Assembly: GCF_048957715.1 (NCBI RefSeq)
Contig: NZ_JARVXN010000014.1
Coordinates: 64,476 to 88,475, forward strand
DNA: 24,000 nucleotides
From: Mitsuaria sp. CC2
GTDB lineage: Bacteria; Pseudomonadota; Gammaproteobacteria; Burkholderiales; Burkholderiaceae_C
Reading direction: 5' to 3'
The stretch's first letter is position 1; every line of letters starts with the position of its first letter. Both the position numbers and the translations under genes were made by a program. The notes below the pieces were generated by a model. It was not told where the DNA came from, did no database searches, and was given only the letters and a program-made list of their open reading frames with translations. Of this stretch, positions 23,401-24,000 are shown one piece after another.

Positions 23401-24000
23401 GAGCGTCGGATCGCCGACTTCATGGCCCAGGGCTCGGCCCAGGGCGTGTTCCAGGCAACGGGCGAGCGTCGACAGGTCGTCGAAACCGACCGTCGCGGCG
23501 CTGCCGGCCAGGCCGTGGGCCAACGCTTCCGCTTCCTGTGGCAGCGGCGACTGCGGCAGCAGCGACCACTCGGTCAGTTCCACCTGCAAACGACGGGAAC
23601 GCTCGTCGGCTTCGTTCAGGAAGATGTTGAACAGCGCGATGCTGATGCGCAGCGGCCCGATGACCTTGACGCCCTCGTCACTGTCCTCTGCCCCCACCTG
23701 CCCGTCGACGGCCTCGCTCGGCGCATCCGCAGCCGGCGGCGTGACGGCCGTCCCGCCCACCAGGCTCAACGCCGGTGTCGCGTGCGTGGGCGGCGTGTCC
23801 AGGTCGAGGTCGGGCAGCTCCAGATCGGACAGGCTGAGCGGCGACAGGCCCTCCGGCGGCGCATCGACCAGCTCCTGACCCAGGTCCAGCGTCAGCGTCA
23901 GGTCCGGCGTCGACGCCGCCTCGAGCGTGGCCACCGGCTCAGTGTTCAGGTCCGAAAGATCCAGCAGGTCCAGCGCCGGCTCGTCGACCGCCGGCGAGAG
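20476..24000 (-). CDS. chpA: ChpA/PilL-type CheA hybrid histidine kinase of the type IV pilus (twitching) chemosensory system; 5' end lies beyond the window
   Basis: Hpt-like modules are visible (ALAHGLAGSAATVGF and the canonical RVLHTFKGGARLSG). The CheA kinase core shows HLLRNSVVHGIE, FSDDGAGLN and GRGVGMDVV, followed by a CheW-like region and a C-terminal REC (VMVVDDSLTVRR...VVLSDIEMPRMDG...GKPY). The track start at 23934 is a GTG, and I read the frame as open through position 24000 (...LSPAVDEPALDLLDLSDLNTEP-V-ATLE...). Confidence 0.9.
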   Translation of the reverse strand, partial: LSPAVDEPALDLLDLSDLNTEPVATLEAASTPDLTLTLDLGQELVDAPPEGLSPLSLSDLELPDLDLDTPPTHATPALSLVGGTAVTPPAADAPSEAVDGQVGAEDSDEGVKVIGPLRISIALFNIFLNEADERSRRLQVELTEWSLLPQSPLPQEAEALAHGLAGSAATVGFDDLSTLARCLEHALGRALGHEVGDPTLFQRASDEIRRLLHQFAAGFLKEADPALLAELQAFEPGAPLPDGHADSDEGLLAMSLEEVSTASLPASLLSVPVPPVAAAEPDFPTSQEAFHQAAEATDDDFDFNQPDQIEPELMPIFEEEAEDLLGQLHGALREWAAQPADSSRAAACMRVLHTFKGGARLSGAMRLGEEAHRLESQVEHLVAEGEPRFEQLLALQDAGDSLEHSFKTLQRTWRNPAPVVPAPMAPVAPIAEQPAPIPATEAVEAIESPAEGSDAIAAPAVETPVEAEAPIEEIVEPVEVVEPVAPVLEVEAPIAEPVIEPTAVEPAAEIVEPVVEAPAPVAAPVSAPLADIDIDWAHFSEVADMGQPLESAPVAPAAQVRVRGALLERMAALSGEVSIRRARLESELGQMRTSLGDLDDNLERLRTQLRELELQAEARIAARQEAAQATGKDFDPLEFDRYTRFQELTRMLAESVNDVATVQRGLQRNVAAGEDELAGQSRLTRELQDDLLRTRMVEFDSSLGERLHRVVRQASRESGKQAQLEIRGGGVELDRAVLERLTGAFEHLLRNSVVHGIETPDVRQQAGKAPVGKIVLNLHQEGNEIQVRFSDDGAGLNLARIRARGESQGLIQAGQDISDSQLMDLIYEPGFSTADALTEMAGRGVGMDVVRSEVNTLGGYVLTQSTAGQGASFELRVPLTTALTQVVVLRYGDRKVAVPAALMLSVQRLPVETVEQAYVDGSLMAAGERMPFYWLGGLMRHSDRGFAHGKTLPVVLVHSAQQRLALHCDEVLGNQEVVIKNLGPQLMQVPGLAGISLLASGDVALIYNPVALANRYGHAAQQRVHDAEAAARQVVVEEVKVQLAPLVMVVDDSLTVRRVTQRLLEREGYRVLLAKDGLDAMERLGGDELPAVVLSDIEMPRMDGFDLVRNLRADTRLAGLPVIMITSRIAQKHREYAQRLGVNDYLGKPYDEEHLLGLIARYTAHLSAAQPARA
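22411..22758 (-). other. Low-complexity Glu/Pro/Val/Ala/Ile-rich linker (about 115 aa) inside chpA, between the last Hpt and the dimerisation/kinase core
   Basis: The translated region runs NPAPVVPAPMAPVAPIAEQPAPIPATEAVEAIESPAEG...EIVEPVEVVEPVAPVLEVEAPIAEPVIEPTAVEPAAEIVEPVVEAPAPVAAPVSAPLA. An 18-nt DNA repeat, GACCGGCTCGACGATCTC, occurs at 22459-22476 and 22567-22584. Confidence 0.7.

Noticed and set aside
1-24000. Window-wide search for CRISPR arrays, IS elements with inverted repeats, integrase, transposase or phage genes, toxin-antitoxin pairs, known defence-system genes, rRNA/tRNA genes, and frameshifted or interrupted genes.
   Set aside because: None was seen. All supported genes have intact reading frames. 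The only repeats are short hairpins and the low-complexity coding repeat in chpA. No spacer-repeat periodicity was found anywhere.

Overview
This is a very GC-rich proteobacterial chromosomal segment. Gene content and order look like Betaproteobacteria/Burkholderiales, but that is inference only. I can support 22 protein-coding genes, 20 on the minus strand and 2 on the plus strand (gpmA and photolyase). I found no rRNA, tRNA, CRISPR array, IS element, integrase or phage gene.

Gene layout, left to right:
- 1-2226: a minus-strand porin / short PstS-like periplasmic protein / membrane-sensor operon. The sensor gene runs off the window start.
- 2435-4079: gpmA, convergent with a PRPP-synthetase-family gene.
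- 4265-8877: a tightly packed minus-strand housekeeping operon, yqgE(algH)-ruvX-pyrR-pyrB-pyrC-like-plsC-like. It has ATGA overlaps, and the dihydroorotase-like gene has lost the HxH metal motif.
- 8913-10379: a class I photolyase.
- 10434-17951: an accessory surface/signalling block. It holds a CHASE3 histidine kinase, a NarL-type response regulator, a REC-GGDEF protein with degenerate A and I sites, and a four-gene archaic (SCPU/Csu-type) chaperone-usher pilus.
- 18304-20413: a GAF-like GGDEF cyclase translationally coupled to a lipoprotein alpha/beta hydrolase.
- 20476-24000: the 3' two-thirds of a ChpA/PilL-type type IV pilus chemosensory CheA hybrid kinase, open at the window end.

The most interesting candidate is the two-component system plus pseudo-GGDEF plus minimal chaperone-usher pilus module. 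It appears to lie between the pil-chp locus and the algH-pyr operon, together with two further c-di-GMP-related genes. I see no clearly new enzymatic or defence system. All function calls rest on motif recognition in the supplied translations, not on database searches. Most long ORFs in the six-frame track are antisense or out-of-frame artefacts of the GC content.
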